DNA of 40,000 bases from Prolixibacteraceae bacterium (GTDB lineage Bacteria > Bacteroidota > Bacteroidia > Bacteroidales > Prolixibacteraceae), in NCBI GenBank assembly GCA_963662675.2, contig CAXXHP010000004.1:510094-550093 (forward strand). Reading direction: 5' to 3'. The notes beneath the pieces were generated by a model. It was not told the origin of the DNA and did not search any database. It was given only the letters and a program-made list of their open reading frames with translations. A program made the translations under genes and the position numbers. Positions 1 to 8,862 of the stretch are shown here, piece after piece. The first letter of the stretch is position 1, and each line of letters begins with the position of its first letter.

Positions 1-111
1 TTCAACAATAAAATGAGTGATTGAGTGGATGATCTCTTTATGATGATCAGGGATAACTGTATTTAATTCACTTTCGCCCAAGGTGATTGGGATCAGATAA
101 AGATTTGCCAT
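1..111 (-). CDS. SAM-dependent methyltransferase-like protein (RsmI/tetrapyrrole-methylase fold), N-terminal fragment running off the window
   Basis: Minus-strand ORF with ATG at complement 109-111. Translation MANLYLIPITLGESELNTVIPDHHKEIIHSITHFIVE resembles N-termini of this family. Only 37 codons are visible. Confidence 0.4.
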   Translation of the reverse strand, partial: MANLYLIPITLGESELNTVIPDHHKEIIHSITHFIVE

Positions 112-190
112 GGAACAATTTTTCTTCAAAAATAATTAATTTAAGCTGGGACTGCTAAAAAATCATTTTTTTGTAGTTTTGACGTTATCA

Positions 191-970
191 ATGAATCATC
201 CTTCAAAAATAAAAATTGAATTTTTAGGAACAGGCACTTCACAAGGAGTTCCTGTTATTGCATGCGATTGCCCGGTTTGCCTTTCGGTGAATGAAAAGGA
301 CAAACGGTTACGCTCGTCTCTTTTTATTGAAATTGATGCCACAAAACTGGTAATTGATGCAGGTCCTGATTTTAGGCAGCAAATGTTACGTATTAACTTG
401 CATCAGCTTAATGCTATTTTGCTAACTCATGAGCATACCGATCATATTTTTGGGTTAGATGATATTCGTGCCTTTAACTGGGTGCAGGGGCATCCTACAG
501 ATATTTATGCAGAAGAAAGGGTGCAGGAAGCAATTAAACGGGTATTTAGTTATGTGTTTGCCAAATACCGATATCCGGGCATTCCTCAAATGAACCTTCA
601 CCAAATCGAGAATAAGCCATTTTTAATAGATAACGTAGAGATTACACCCATTCGGGGTTATCATTATAAATTGCCTGTTTTTGGCTATCGGGTGGGAGGG
701 ATGGCCTATTTGACAGATATAAACTCGGTTGACCAGGTAGAGAAGGGCAAGCTGCAGGGATTAGATGTGTTGATTGTGAATGCACTCAGAAAGGAGAAGC
801 ATATTTCACATTTTAATTTGGAAGAGGCTTTACAATTAATTGATGAAGTGAAGCCAAAGAAAGCATTTTTAACACATGTGTCACATATGTTGGGTAAACA
901 TGAAGATGTTGAGCACCTTTTGCCTAAAAATGTTTATGTAGCTTATGATGGGTTGGTGTTAAATGTTTGA
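191..970 (+). CDS. MBL-fold metallo-hydrolase (PhnP-like)
   Basis: The ORF track gives 179..970 with a TTG start; the ATG at 191 gives MNHPSKIKIEFLGTGTSQG. HEHTDH (HxHxDH) metal-binding motif and GTGTSQGVP N-terminus are typical of the family. Confidence 0.8.
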   Translation: MNHPSKIKIEFLGTGTSQGVPVIACDCPVCLSVNEKDKRLRSSLFIEIDATKLVIDAGPDFRQQMLRINLHQLNAILLTHEHTDHIFGLDDIRAFNWVQGHPTDIYAEERVQEAIKRVFSYVFAKYRYPGIPQMNLHQIENKPFLIDNVEITPIRGYHYKLPVFGYRVGGMAYLTDINSVDQVEKGKLQGLDVLIVNALRKEKHISHFNLEEALQLIDEVKPKKAFLTHVSHMLGKHEDVEHLLPKNVYVAYDGLVLNV

Positions 971-2136
971 TTTTGTCGCTTCCAGAGTGGGATCATGCTT
1001 AATAATGCACTAATTAGATATCCTAGTCCTGCAATCCACAAAGCCGTACTTAAACTAAAGTTGTCGGTAAAATACCCTAAAATTGGTCCAATTACAGCGA
1101 AATTAATACGAATGACAAAATTGCGAATTGACAGAATTGTCGCTCGTACATCTGAATCTGTATATTGATTGATGTAATCTTTTAATATTGGGTGTGCAAT
1201 ACCTCTTACCAAATAAAAAAGAAAGAGAAATCCGATTCCCATTAAGCTAACTTTCCACGCTGATAGAAAATAGCCAATACTTAATCCTAAAATGATAAAA
1301 AGCAGTGAATTGCGTGCCCCCAGTTTTCGTTCAATTTTATAGGAGAACATAGACGAAAAACCAACCGATAAGTTTAGCAGTGTCCACATTATACCAAACA
1401 TGGCAATGGGTAGATCTACTTCTTCGAAAAAAGGTTGTACAAGCCATGCAAAGGTAAGTGATGCCGTTCCTGTAAATGATGAAACAAGGATAGCAGATCT
1501 TAACTCTTTGTGGCGATATGTTTTTCTTACTGTTTGTAGAATATGGGTTAGGTTGTTAGCGATTTTCTGAACCGGTATGTGAGGCTCTTTCAAAAATAAG
1601 GCGGCTGGAATTGCAATAGATGCAACTGCAAACTGAAAATAGAAAGGCATACGCAGACTAATGGCTGCCAATAAGCCTCCGCACACACCAGCTAATGCCT
1701 CCGCAAAGTTGCCGGACGACGTAATCCAACCTTCCTGTTTAATATATTCCTTCTCTTGTGAATTGACCTTAAGGGTGTCGTAAAGCAAGGCTGAGTCAGC
1801 TCCGGATATATAGCTGTGACCAATACCTAAAACCACTTCGGCAATAGCAAAAGCCCAAAAGCCATACGAAAAGCCATACAGGGCAAATCCGGCAGAACCG
1901 AGCAGTGCGCCTATGAGTAGAGTTTTCTTTCTTCCCCAAATATCGGCCATATACCCGGAAGGGATTTCCATGATAACAATAGCTATTGAGTAGATGGATT
2001 TTAGCCAAAAGATGTCCTGCATGCTTAGTCCGTTGTCCTGATAAAAAAGGACAACAACAGGCATGACCAGATTAAACCACTTGGCAAATTTGATGAGATA
2101 AAGATTAATAATATTTGAGTGAAAGATTTTTCTCAT
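943..2136 (-). CDS. MFS transporter
   Basis: 397-aa highly hydrophobic multi-TM ORF. The GYMADIWGRKKT loop motif matches the MFS TM2-TM3 signature. Converges on and overlaps the upstream gene by 28 nt. Confidence 0.75.
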   Translation of the reverse strand: MRKIFHSNIINLYLIKFAKWFNLVMPVVVLFYQDNGLSMQDIFWLKSIYSIAIVIMEIPSGYMADIWGRKKTLLIGALLGSAGFALYGFSYGFWAFAIAEVVLGIGHSYISGADSALLYDTLKVNSQEKEYIKQEGWITSSGNFAEALAGVCGGLLAAISLRMPFYFQFAVASIAIPAALFLKEPHIPVQKIANNLTHILQTVRKTYRHKELRSAILVSSFTGTASLTFAWLVQPFFEEVDLPIAMFGIMWTLLNLSVGFSSMFSYKIERKLGARNSLLFIILGLSIGYFLSAWKVSLMGIGFLFLFYLVRGIAHPILKDYINQYTDSDVRATILSIRNFVIRINFAVIGPILGYFTDNFSLSTALWIAGLGYLISALLSMIPLWKRQNQTFNTNPS

Positions 2137-2326
2137 GTGTCAGCAAAAATAAGAAAATCGGGTTTGGATTGTTTGGTTTTTCGATGAGCAAAAACAGCAA
2201 ATTCGTGTTTCTGTTTTATAAAACAGTATATATTTGAATAGGATCTAAGATTCTTTCTATTTTTAACCCGAAGAAATTATTATTTGAATAAGACTTGCCA
2301 AAGTGGGCAACAAACACAATCGAATT

Positions 2327-3361
2327 ATGAAATTGTATATTCCAAAGAATTACAAGTCTCATCTGGACTTAAAACAGACGGAAAAGGCGATTAAATTGGT
2401 AAAGGATTTTTTCCAACAGGATCTGTCATCTGAATTGAAATTAAGCAGGGTCACAGCCCCATTGTTTGTTATGAAGGGGACAGGTATCAATGATGATTTA
2501 AATGGTGTTGAGCGCCCAGTATCTTTCCCGGTAAAAGAACTTGAAGATAAAACAGCCGAAATTGTACATTCATTGGCAAAATGGAAACGAATGGCATTAG
2601 CCGATCTTGATTTTGAACCTAGTTACGGATTATATACAGATATGAATGCCTTGAGACCGGATGAGGAGTTGGATAATATTCATTCTATTTATGTTGACCA
2701 ATGGGATTGGGAACGCGTAATCACTGGAGAAGAGCGAAATCTGGACTTCTTGAAAAAAATTGTTCGAAAATTATATACTGTCCTCTTGCGTACTGAATTC
2801 TATGTGTATGAGCACTATCCTCAGGTTAAGCCTATTCTTCCTGAAGAAATTACTTTTTTCCATACTGAAGAGTTAGCTGAGATGTACCCAAATCTAAGCT
2901 CTAAAGATCGGGAAACAGAAGTGGCTAAAAAGTACAAAGCCGTATTTATTATTGGTATAGGTGGTGAAATGCCAAATGGAGAGGTTCATGATGGACGTGC
3001 TCCGGATTATGATGACTGGACAAGCGAAACTATAAACGGTTATAAAGGGTTGAATGGAGATATCGTAGTTTGGAACCCTGTATTAGAAAGTGCTTTTGAG
3101 CTTTCGTCGATGGGAATTCGAGTTGATGCCGAAGCTCTAAAACGGCAACTTAAGATTGCGAATAAGGAAGATCGGAAAGATTTGTATTGGCATAATCGCT
3201 TACTCAATGGTGATTTTCCATTGTCAATTGGTGGTGGAATAGGCCAGTCTCGTATTTGTATGTATTTTTTGCAAAAAGCACATATTGGTGAAATTCAGTC
3301 GAGTATATGGCCTGATGAAATGATTAAGCAATGTAAGGCAAATGATATTCACTTAGTGTAG
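2327..3361 (+). CDS. asnA: aspartate--ammonia ligase (asparagine synthetase A)
   Basis: The ORF track start at 2303 is GTG; the ATG at 2327 gives MKLYIPKNYKSHLDLKQTEKAIKLVKDFF. Length (~344 aa) and C-terminal GGGIGQSRICMYFL motif are typical of AsnA. Confidence 0.8.
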   Translation: MKLYIPKNYKSHLDLKQTEKAIKLVKDFFQQDLSSELKLSRVTAPLFVMKGTGINDDLNGVERPVSFPVKELEDKTAEIVHSLAKWKRMALADLDFEPSYGLYTDMNALRPDEELDNIHSIYVDQWDWERVITGEERNLDFLKKIVRKLYTVLLRTEFYVYEHYPQVKPILPEEITFFHTEELAEMYPNLSSKDRETEVAKKYKAVFIIGIGGEMPNGEVHDGRAPDYDDWTSETINGYKGLNGDIVVWNPVLESAFELSSMGIRVDAEALKRQLKIANKEDRKDLYWHNRLLNGDFPLSIGGGIGQSRICMYFLQKAHIGEIQSSIWPDEMIKQCKANDIHLV

Positions 3362-3438
3362 ATATTACATCTTAAAAATTAGTACTGTCGGGGTTGATTT
3401 TCTTGATATTTTTTTATCTTTGCACCCGCATTAAGGAT

Positions 3439-3512
<74 letters not shown>

Positions 3513-3526
3513 CTTATTACACAAAA

Positions 3527-3569
3527 GAACCCCTCGTTGTCTTTGAGATAGCGAGGGGTTCTGATTTTT
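3527..3569 (+). terminator. Rho-independent terminator after the tRNA
   Basis: 10-bp stem GAACCCCTCG (3527-3536) / CGAGGGGTTC (3552-3561) followed by TGATTTTTA. Confidence 0.7.
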
Positions 3570-4383
3570 ATTCAGACAGATATTCGGACAAATTAAGGGA
3601 TCAGTTTAATTGGATCAATTGCTATTTACGGTGACTAGTTTTTTTAAAGTATCGATTTCAGTTCATCTTCAATAAGATTTCGAATTTCATCACATACCTT
3701 TCAAATTATCCCTTTAATGAGATGTTTCCCGAAACAAACATCTTGGCTGTCTCTTTTTTCATTAGGTGGGATAACTTCAACTGTAAGTATTAATGGTAAA
3801 GTCCCCATTTTGCCGTTAGGTGAGAAGTATGGCCTAGGGAGGTTTTGGATCAGAAAACAAGAGCGAAAATTAGGAGAGGGTAGAATTTTAATCATTAAAA
3901 AAAATGAATTGAAATATCTAAAATTTCAGTACTACAATATGAATAAGCTTTTAATTATGTACTTGAATTGTTCATTAGCCGTTTTTATATGCAAAAATGG
4001 ACTAGCTTTTTATGTCAAAACTAATGGATGTTAAAGTTAGGAATCATGCTGGAATTAAATAGGGCGGATAGATTATGTTGAACTATTATTTCATGAATTT
4101 GGTTTTCGAAGCTTTCTGTTACTTCAATGTCTACAACTTTTTTTACCAATAACGGCAAGCCGGTAATATTAAACATGGCAGTAAATAACCGTCTCCATTT
4201 AGAGTTTGTCAATAAGGTAATATATTCCGTAAGAGTTTTAAAGATTAATTCAGTAAGATTCAAAATGAATTGAACATCAGTTTAAATTCATGTAATACAA
4301 TACACATAAGAAAAATTTTATGTTGTATTCTCGCTTGAGATAATATAATTATATTGTAAATTTGATCTCGAAAACCAAACCGA

Positions 4384-5517
4384 ATGAACCAAGGTAAAAC
4401 CATTACACTTACAACCTCCCTGCTGCGGCAAATGCCGGTGATTTGTATTGGTTTTGGGTGCGACAGTGAACTGGCAGCCATTGTTAAACAATTTGAAGGT
4501 ATACACTGGAGCCAGACACTTAAAACCTGGTATATGCCGAAAGAGCAATTTGACCTGAATATTATTTTTAAAACATTTAGGGGTATTGCGTGGGTAGATT
4601 ATTCAAAACTAAAGGTGAACCCGGTTTGTCAAACTAATTCAGAAAAGGAAAATAAAGATTACACACACAGAAAAAATACAAAACTCCCCAAAGGATACCT
4701 TGAGAAATTAGAGCAAAAGCGTTATAGCTCAAATACAATCAATACATATTCGGCATATTTCAAAGATTATATGCATTTTTTCAAGGACAGAGATTTGTCT
4801 CATATTCAGATTCAGGAAATCAATGATTATATTCTGTCTTTAATTCAATTGGGGAATATTTCTGGGAGTGAACAAAATCAACGGATCAATGCCATCAAGT
4901 TTTATTATGAGAAAGTATTGGGGCGGGAAAAGCAGTTCATACATATAGAAAGGCCACGAAAAGAAAAGATACTTCCAGATACGTTAAGCAAAACCGATAT
5001 ACAAGCGATTCTGGTAAAAACCGCTAACTTAAAACACAAGTGTTTACTTGAGTTAATTTACTCGGCAGGATTAAGAAGGAGTGAAGTTTTAACGATGAAA
5101 TTAACTGATATTGATTCGAAAAGGATGTTGATAAAAATACGAGGAGGTAAAGGGAAAAAGGATAGGTATTCTCTTTTATCGACAAATGTACTTGAGCATT
5201 TGAGGCAATATTTTCTTGCATATAAGCCTAAAGATCTACTATTTGAAGGACAGGGTGGCAACCAGTATTCGAGTACCAGTATTACCCGGGTGTTAAAAAA
5301 ATCGGCCGAAAAAGCAGGAATAAAGAGAAGGGTGCATTTACATATGTTGCGACATTCATTTGCCACTCATTTGCTTGAGCAGGGAACAAACCTGAGGGTA
5401 ATACAAAATCTGTTAGGGCATGAGAGTATACAAACAACAGAGATTTATACACATGTTTCAAATTTGGAAATACAAAAGGTTATCAATCCGATTGATGAAA
5501 TTATAAGCAAAACATGA
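4384..5517 (+). CDS. tyrosine site-specific recombinase (Xer/phage-integrase family), candidate cassette-array recombinase
   Basis: 377 aa. Catalytic signature readable: R in AGLRRSEV, GGKGKKDR, HMLRHSFATHLL (HxxR), LGHESIQTT, EIYTHV (Tyr). SAM-like core-binding domain (NTINTYSAYFKDYMHFF) plus a ~100-aa N-terminal extension. The stop codon lies 94 nt before the first GTTAGGT crossover-type site. Confidence 0.85.
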   Translation: MNQGKTITLTTSLLRQMPVICIGFGCDSELAAIVKQFEGIHWSQTLKTWYMPKEQFDLNIIFKTFRGIAWVDYSKLKVNPVCQTNSEKENKDYTHRKNTKLPKGYLEKLEQKRYSSNTINTYSAYFKDYMHFFKDRDLSHIQIQEINDYILSLIQLGNISGSEQNQRINAIKFYYEKVLGREKQFIHIERPRKEKILPDTLSKTDIQAILVKTANLKHKCLLELIYSAGLRRSEVLTMKLTDIDSKRMLIKIRGGKGKKDRYSLLSTNVLEHLRQYFLAYKPKDLLFEGQGGNQYSSTSITRVLKKSAEKAGIKRRVHLHMLRHSFATHLLEQGTNLRVIQNLLGHESIQTTEIYTHVSNLEIQKVINPIDEIISKT

Positions 5518-5617
5518 AATGTGTCATTTACAACGCTAATTTATTGGAAACGACACATTTTGTTACATATATAGAAAATATAATGTGCATAAATGTCCCA
5601 CTACACCTACGTTAGGT
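5518..5617 (+). other. attI-like / first recombination site of the array
   Basis: GTTAGGT at 5611-5617 preceded by ...cccactacacctac, like the L'/R' end of the attC sites. The following nt (GTTAGGTGGC) are the reverse complement of GCCACCTAAC at 7040-7049. Inverted repeat AATGTGTC 5518-5525 / GACACATT 5552-5559 lies just after the recombinase stop. Confidence 0.55.
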
Positions 5618-5684
5618 GGCATTTAAAAAAACTCTCCACTTGATGAAAATTAGATATGATTTATTGAATTAGATAAAATACAAT

Positions 5685-6344
5685 ATGAAAAAATTTATAG
5701 AATTTGAAATAAGAAATTCAGAAACAAAGCTCATTGAGCTATTGAATTTGCTTAAATCGTCGGAAACAAATAAATGGAAATTTGAAAAAAAATTGACAAA
5801 AGATTATGCCTCGAATATTTCGCTTGCGGAAGAAAATGTTGCCTGTTTTAAAGCAAATTCCACAAAGTATTTTGAAGCAACAATATGGATTGTAATAAAT
5901 GACAGTGTTTTAAAGGTCTCAAATATAGTATCAAGGAAAGTTCCCTACTTAGGAAAAGATATTTACAATCTCATTGTAACTGATTTTCACAAAGAATACG
6001 TGAGTAAATATATCACTAAAGAATATGACATTAATCTAACTTCGAATGAGGTAACAATAGAAGAAATTGCGAATAAAGAAACTGCTGACAAACTTAAAAA
6101 GTGGGAATCACTTTGTAATCGCTCGACTGGAAATTCTCATCCTTATGATAGAGAACGTTGGTTTGAATTTATCAAAACTGCTGTTGATACTAACTCTGAG
6201 TTAATGGTTGGTGATTTGGAACAATGGTTGACAGAAGAAAAAAATTGGTTTGTCGATGAAGAAAATAGTGTAACTGAGAGAATTGTTCTTGATTTTGAAT
6301 ATGGTATTGATTTATTGAAATATTATGTTGGAAAAAGTAACTAA
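5685..6344 (+). CDS. hypothetical protein (cassette 1, gene 1)
   Basis: 219-aa ORF that overlaps the next ORF by 20 nt. No motif I recognise. Confidence 0.6.
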   Translation: MKKFIEFEIRNSETKLIELLNLLKSSETNKWKFEKKLTKDYASNISLAEENVACFKANSTKYFEATIWIVINDSVLKVSNIVSRKVPYLGKDIYNLIVTDFHKEYVSKYITKEYDINLTSNEVTIEEIANKETADKLKKWESLCNRSTGNSHPYDRERWFEFIKTAVDTNSELMVGDLEQWLTEEKNWFVDEENSVTERIVLDFEYGIDLLKYYVGKSN

Positions 6345-7035
6345 GAAATCAGTAGAAAAATTTATTTCTCAATTAGAGGTTCCAGAACCTGTCTTTCTTT
6401 TTTGGGATACTTGTAGTTTGCTTGATATTATTCGCTTACCGTTCAGAACTAATTCAAAAAGACACTTAGATTTTTATCAACGAATTAAAACACTAATTGA
6501 CGAAGGTCAAATTATCTCAGTTGCTTCTGAGCTGACAATAGCCGAACTTGGTTATAACTTTCAAAAGGTTGAGCTTGAATATGATAATTACTTAAAGAAA
6601 CTGCAAAGAGATTTTAATCTTCACCAAGACTATCTAATACAATGCAATAATATAGATGAACCAATTCTTCCTTTTACATTAAGTGAAAAAGGACTAAAAC
6701 AGTATTTACTTAAATTGTTTAATGAAATAGTTTCAAAAACAACCTTTATTTCGGAGAAACAGGCATTTAATAAGTTTGCGCATTTTAGGGTTTCTTATCA
6801 TATGGCTCCTGCTCAAAAGAAAGGTGAATATAAAGATTGTTATATCTGGGCAACTTGCTTAGAGTTAGCAAAAGAGACTCCCGAAAATAGTCAAATCTAT
6901 TTTTTCACAAGAAATAAAGATGACTTCTTTGAAAATGGAAATTTATTTGAATTAATTGAAAATGATTGTAATAACACTGCAATTGACATTAAATATGAAG
7001 TTGGAGACTTATTGGGTGATATCCTGAATAATTAA
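6325..7035 (+). CDS. PIN-like domain protein (cassette 1, gene 2)
   Basis: 236 aa. Acidic residues are spaced as in PIN-like nucleases: FLFWDTCSLLD near the N-terminus, SELTIAE, KDCYIWATCLE, FFTRNKDDF. Assignment is from motif pattern only. Confidence 0.5.
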   Translation: MLEKVTKKSVEKFISQLEVPEPVFLFWDTCSLLDIIRLPFRTNSKRHLDFYQRIKTLIDEGQIISVASELTIAELGYNFQKVELEYDNYLKKLQRDFNLHQDYLIQCNNIDEPILPFTLSEKGLKQYLLKLFNEIVSKTTFISEKQAFNKFAHFRVSYHMAPAQKKGEYKDCYIWATCLELAKETPENSQIYFFTRNKDDFFENGNLFELIENDCNNTAIDIKYEVGDLLGDILNN

Positions 7036-7039
7036 AAAC

Positions 7040-7233
7040 GCCACCTAACAAAGTGTCATATGTAATGCGGGTTTCAGCGGTTTTTTAGGCTGCGGCACGT
7101 TGTTGCAACACCGCCAATTCGTCTTTGACGATTTGACGTAAAAATTGAAATACTGAATAAACGAATTGGCTACGTGCGTAATTGAAAGTTTCGTACTTTT
7201 AATCCCGCACTACACATACACAAACCGTTATGG
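7040..7233 (+). other. attC site 1
   Basis: R'' GCCACCTAAC 7040-7049. Arms aaagtgtcatatgtaatgcggg / cccgcactacacatacacaaacc. R' GTTATGG 7227-7233. Unusually long (194 bp) with an extra inner hairpin gccaattcgt...acgaattggc. Confidence 0.8.
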
Positions 7234-7260
7234 GCAAGGTTGAAAAAAGCAAAATAATGA

Positions 7261-8019
7261 ATGGACACCTTTGATTTAATTATATCGATAATTTTTATAA
7301 TTGGGATTGGATTAGTCCTTTATTTGATTTTGCGCAACCCAGTTTACATGTTCAAGACTTTTCTACGTGGACTAAAATCTCATCCCAATTGGGCTGTAAA
7401 AATTGTTTTCTCACCTATTTGGTTACCAGCCTGGTTAATTGACAGAATCTTTGGACTCAAATTATTCATTGAGGAATTTGAGGACGCTTCAAAACCAACT
7501 AAAATTTCATTCTCTGAATATGACAAGTACATATTCGTTAACTCGGCAAATTTAGTGCACATTGAGAAAGTGTTACATTCATTTGAAAGTGATTTCGACC
7601 CGACTGAGTTTAATTACCGATTGAATGGTTGTAAAATAAAAACATCTGAGTTCGGAGAAAATTTGATTTTAAAACTGGAAGGCGAAATTGAATTTAAAAG
7701 TTTCAATAGCCTTGTTCATTATCTTGACAATTCAGCTCCCAAAGACAAAGTTTACAATGTGAAAGGGATTTTGATTAATAAAAATACTAAGCCAGATTCC
7801 TATTTCATTTTTAACGACACTGCATTCACATTGAAGTTGATTGGAAAAACATATAAAAACAAAAAAATGTATGTTGACATCAATCCAGAAACTGAATTAA
7901 ATGACACGATTTTCTTTAATTCAAATATGGATTATTTTAAAAATTTCGACTTTGACAAATTTAATAATGAGATATATAGATTAAAATTAAAAGAATTGAA
8001 ATTAAAACCCAGCCCATAA
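7261..8019 (+). CDS. membrane-anchored hypothetical protein (cassette 2)
   Basis: 252-aa ORF with hydrophobic N-terminal segments (IISIIFIIGIGLVLYLIL; VFSPIWLPAWLI). The TAA stop (8017-8019) lies inside the R'' box CCATAAC. Confidence 0.6.
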   Translation: MDTFDLIISIIFIIGIGLVLYLILRNPVYMFKTFLRGLKSHPNWAVKIVFSPIWLPAWLIDRIFGLKLFIEEFEDASKPTKISFSEYDKYIFVNSANLVHIEKVLHSFESDFDPTEFNYRLNGCKIKTSEFGENLILKLEGEIEFKSFNSLVHYLDNSAPKDKVYNVKGILINKNTKPDSYFIFNDTAFTLKLIGKTYKNKKMYVDINPETELNDTIFFNSNMDYFKNFDFDKFNNEIYRLKLKELKLKPSP

Positions 8020-8146
8020 CAAATTGTAAATTGCATTGCGGGGTTCGTAGTGTGTCGTTCGCTGGATTCTCGTTTCGCAGTTCAGTCCTATCGGACATGA
8101 ACGCTCTTTGAAATCCGCAACGACAACTTACAAGTGACCGTTATGT
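8012..8146 (+). other. attC site 2
   Basis: R'' GCCCATAAC 8012-8020 (reverse complement of GTTATGGGC 7227-7235). Arms TTGTAAATTGCATTGCGG / CCGCAACGACAACTTACAA. R' GTTATGT 8140-8146. 135 bp. Confidence 0.85.
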
Positions 8147-8755
8147 TTCATTTAGAAAAAAGAGATTTTAAAATAAAAATTGCCATTATTTGTAAACGCA
8201 AGCTTTCTACTTTACATTTAAATAACTATTTTTAAAATCACAATTTAATTACTGAAACCCCCAACACACTAGGATAATATGAAAAGGTTTGTGCAGTTGA
8301 TTTTATCTAAAACGTTGGTCATTGTCTAAGTTCTTTGACTGGAATACGAAAATCGATACTTAAAAGCAGCCTAAAAAAGAATGGTTGGGGCAGATCTCGG
8401 TTTGTAAATAAAGTGCAGTCCGAAAACGAATTTCCAAAAACAGCTCTCCCACTCTTTAGTATCTGCTAACGGAATGATGAACAGCATTCTGAAACTAAGT
8501 CAATTCAGGCTGATTGATTTCTAAAATTGCCAAAGTTCAATAAAAAAAGTAGTTGCTCTCTAAGATGGTCAGCATTACAAAAATACGTTCTGAAAAGAAT
8601 ACAGAACCAGCATACATAAAAAACGAAAACATAACATATTGTCATATGGCAGGCGGGCGCTTTAGCGGTTTGACTAGTCAAACCAGTATTGCAACGTCCT
8701 TCCGGTCTGACAGGATTTCTTTGGGAAATCCCGCCCGACCACATACAAGTAACCG
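8141..8755 (+). other. ORF-less cassette 3 (615 bp)
   Basis: Bounded by G|TTATGTTT (8140) and attC3 ending G (8755). The only ORFs of 60 aa or more overlap the attC palindrome. Confidence 0.7.
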
Positions 8756-8761
8756 TTGGCG
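8627..8761 (+). other. attC site 3
   Basis: R'' AAACATAAC 8627-8635 (reverse complement of GTTATGTTT 8140-8148). Arms tatggcaggcgggcg / cccgcccgaccacata. R' GTTGGCG 8755-8761. 135 bp. Confidence 0.85.
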
Positions 8762-8862
8762 GTAATGTGAAAAAAGCCGAAAACGATTACAACAAGGCAA
8801 GATTTGACTAAAATTATCGGCTAAATACTATGGAACTTTGCATAAATCAAAAACAGATAATT

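Noticed and set aside
1796-2008. Shadow ORFs inside or antisense to confident genes (1796-2008, 5024-5366, 7380-7562, 9611-9874, 11476-11679, 18077-18286, 32085-32279, 33569-33760, 34729-35070, 35368-35613, 36934-37404, 37432-37879)
   Set aside because: Each overlaps a longer ORF with clear family motifs on the other strand or in another frame. None has a motif of its own.
3570-4383. Small ORFs between the tRNA and the recombinase (3701-3895, 3717-4034, 4021-4263, 4260-4548)
   Set aside because: They are mutually overlapping on both strands, AT-rich and low-complexity, with no motifs. They may be decayed gene remnants or island-boundary sequence, but nothing here can be supported. No direct repeat of the tRNA 3' end was seen at the far end of the array.
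8505-8765. ORFs 8505-8744 (-) and 8553-8765 (+)
   Set aside because: Both are mirror-image readings of the attC3 palindrome and the adjacent non-coding cassette. Similar shadow ORFs appear at other attC sites.
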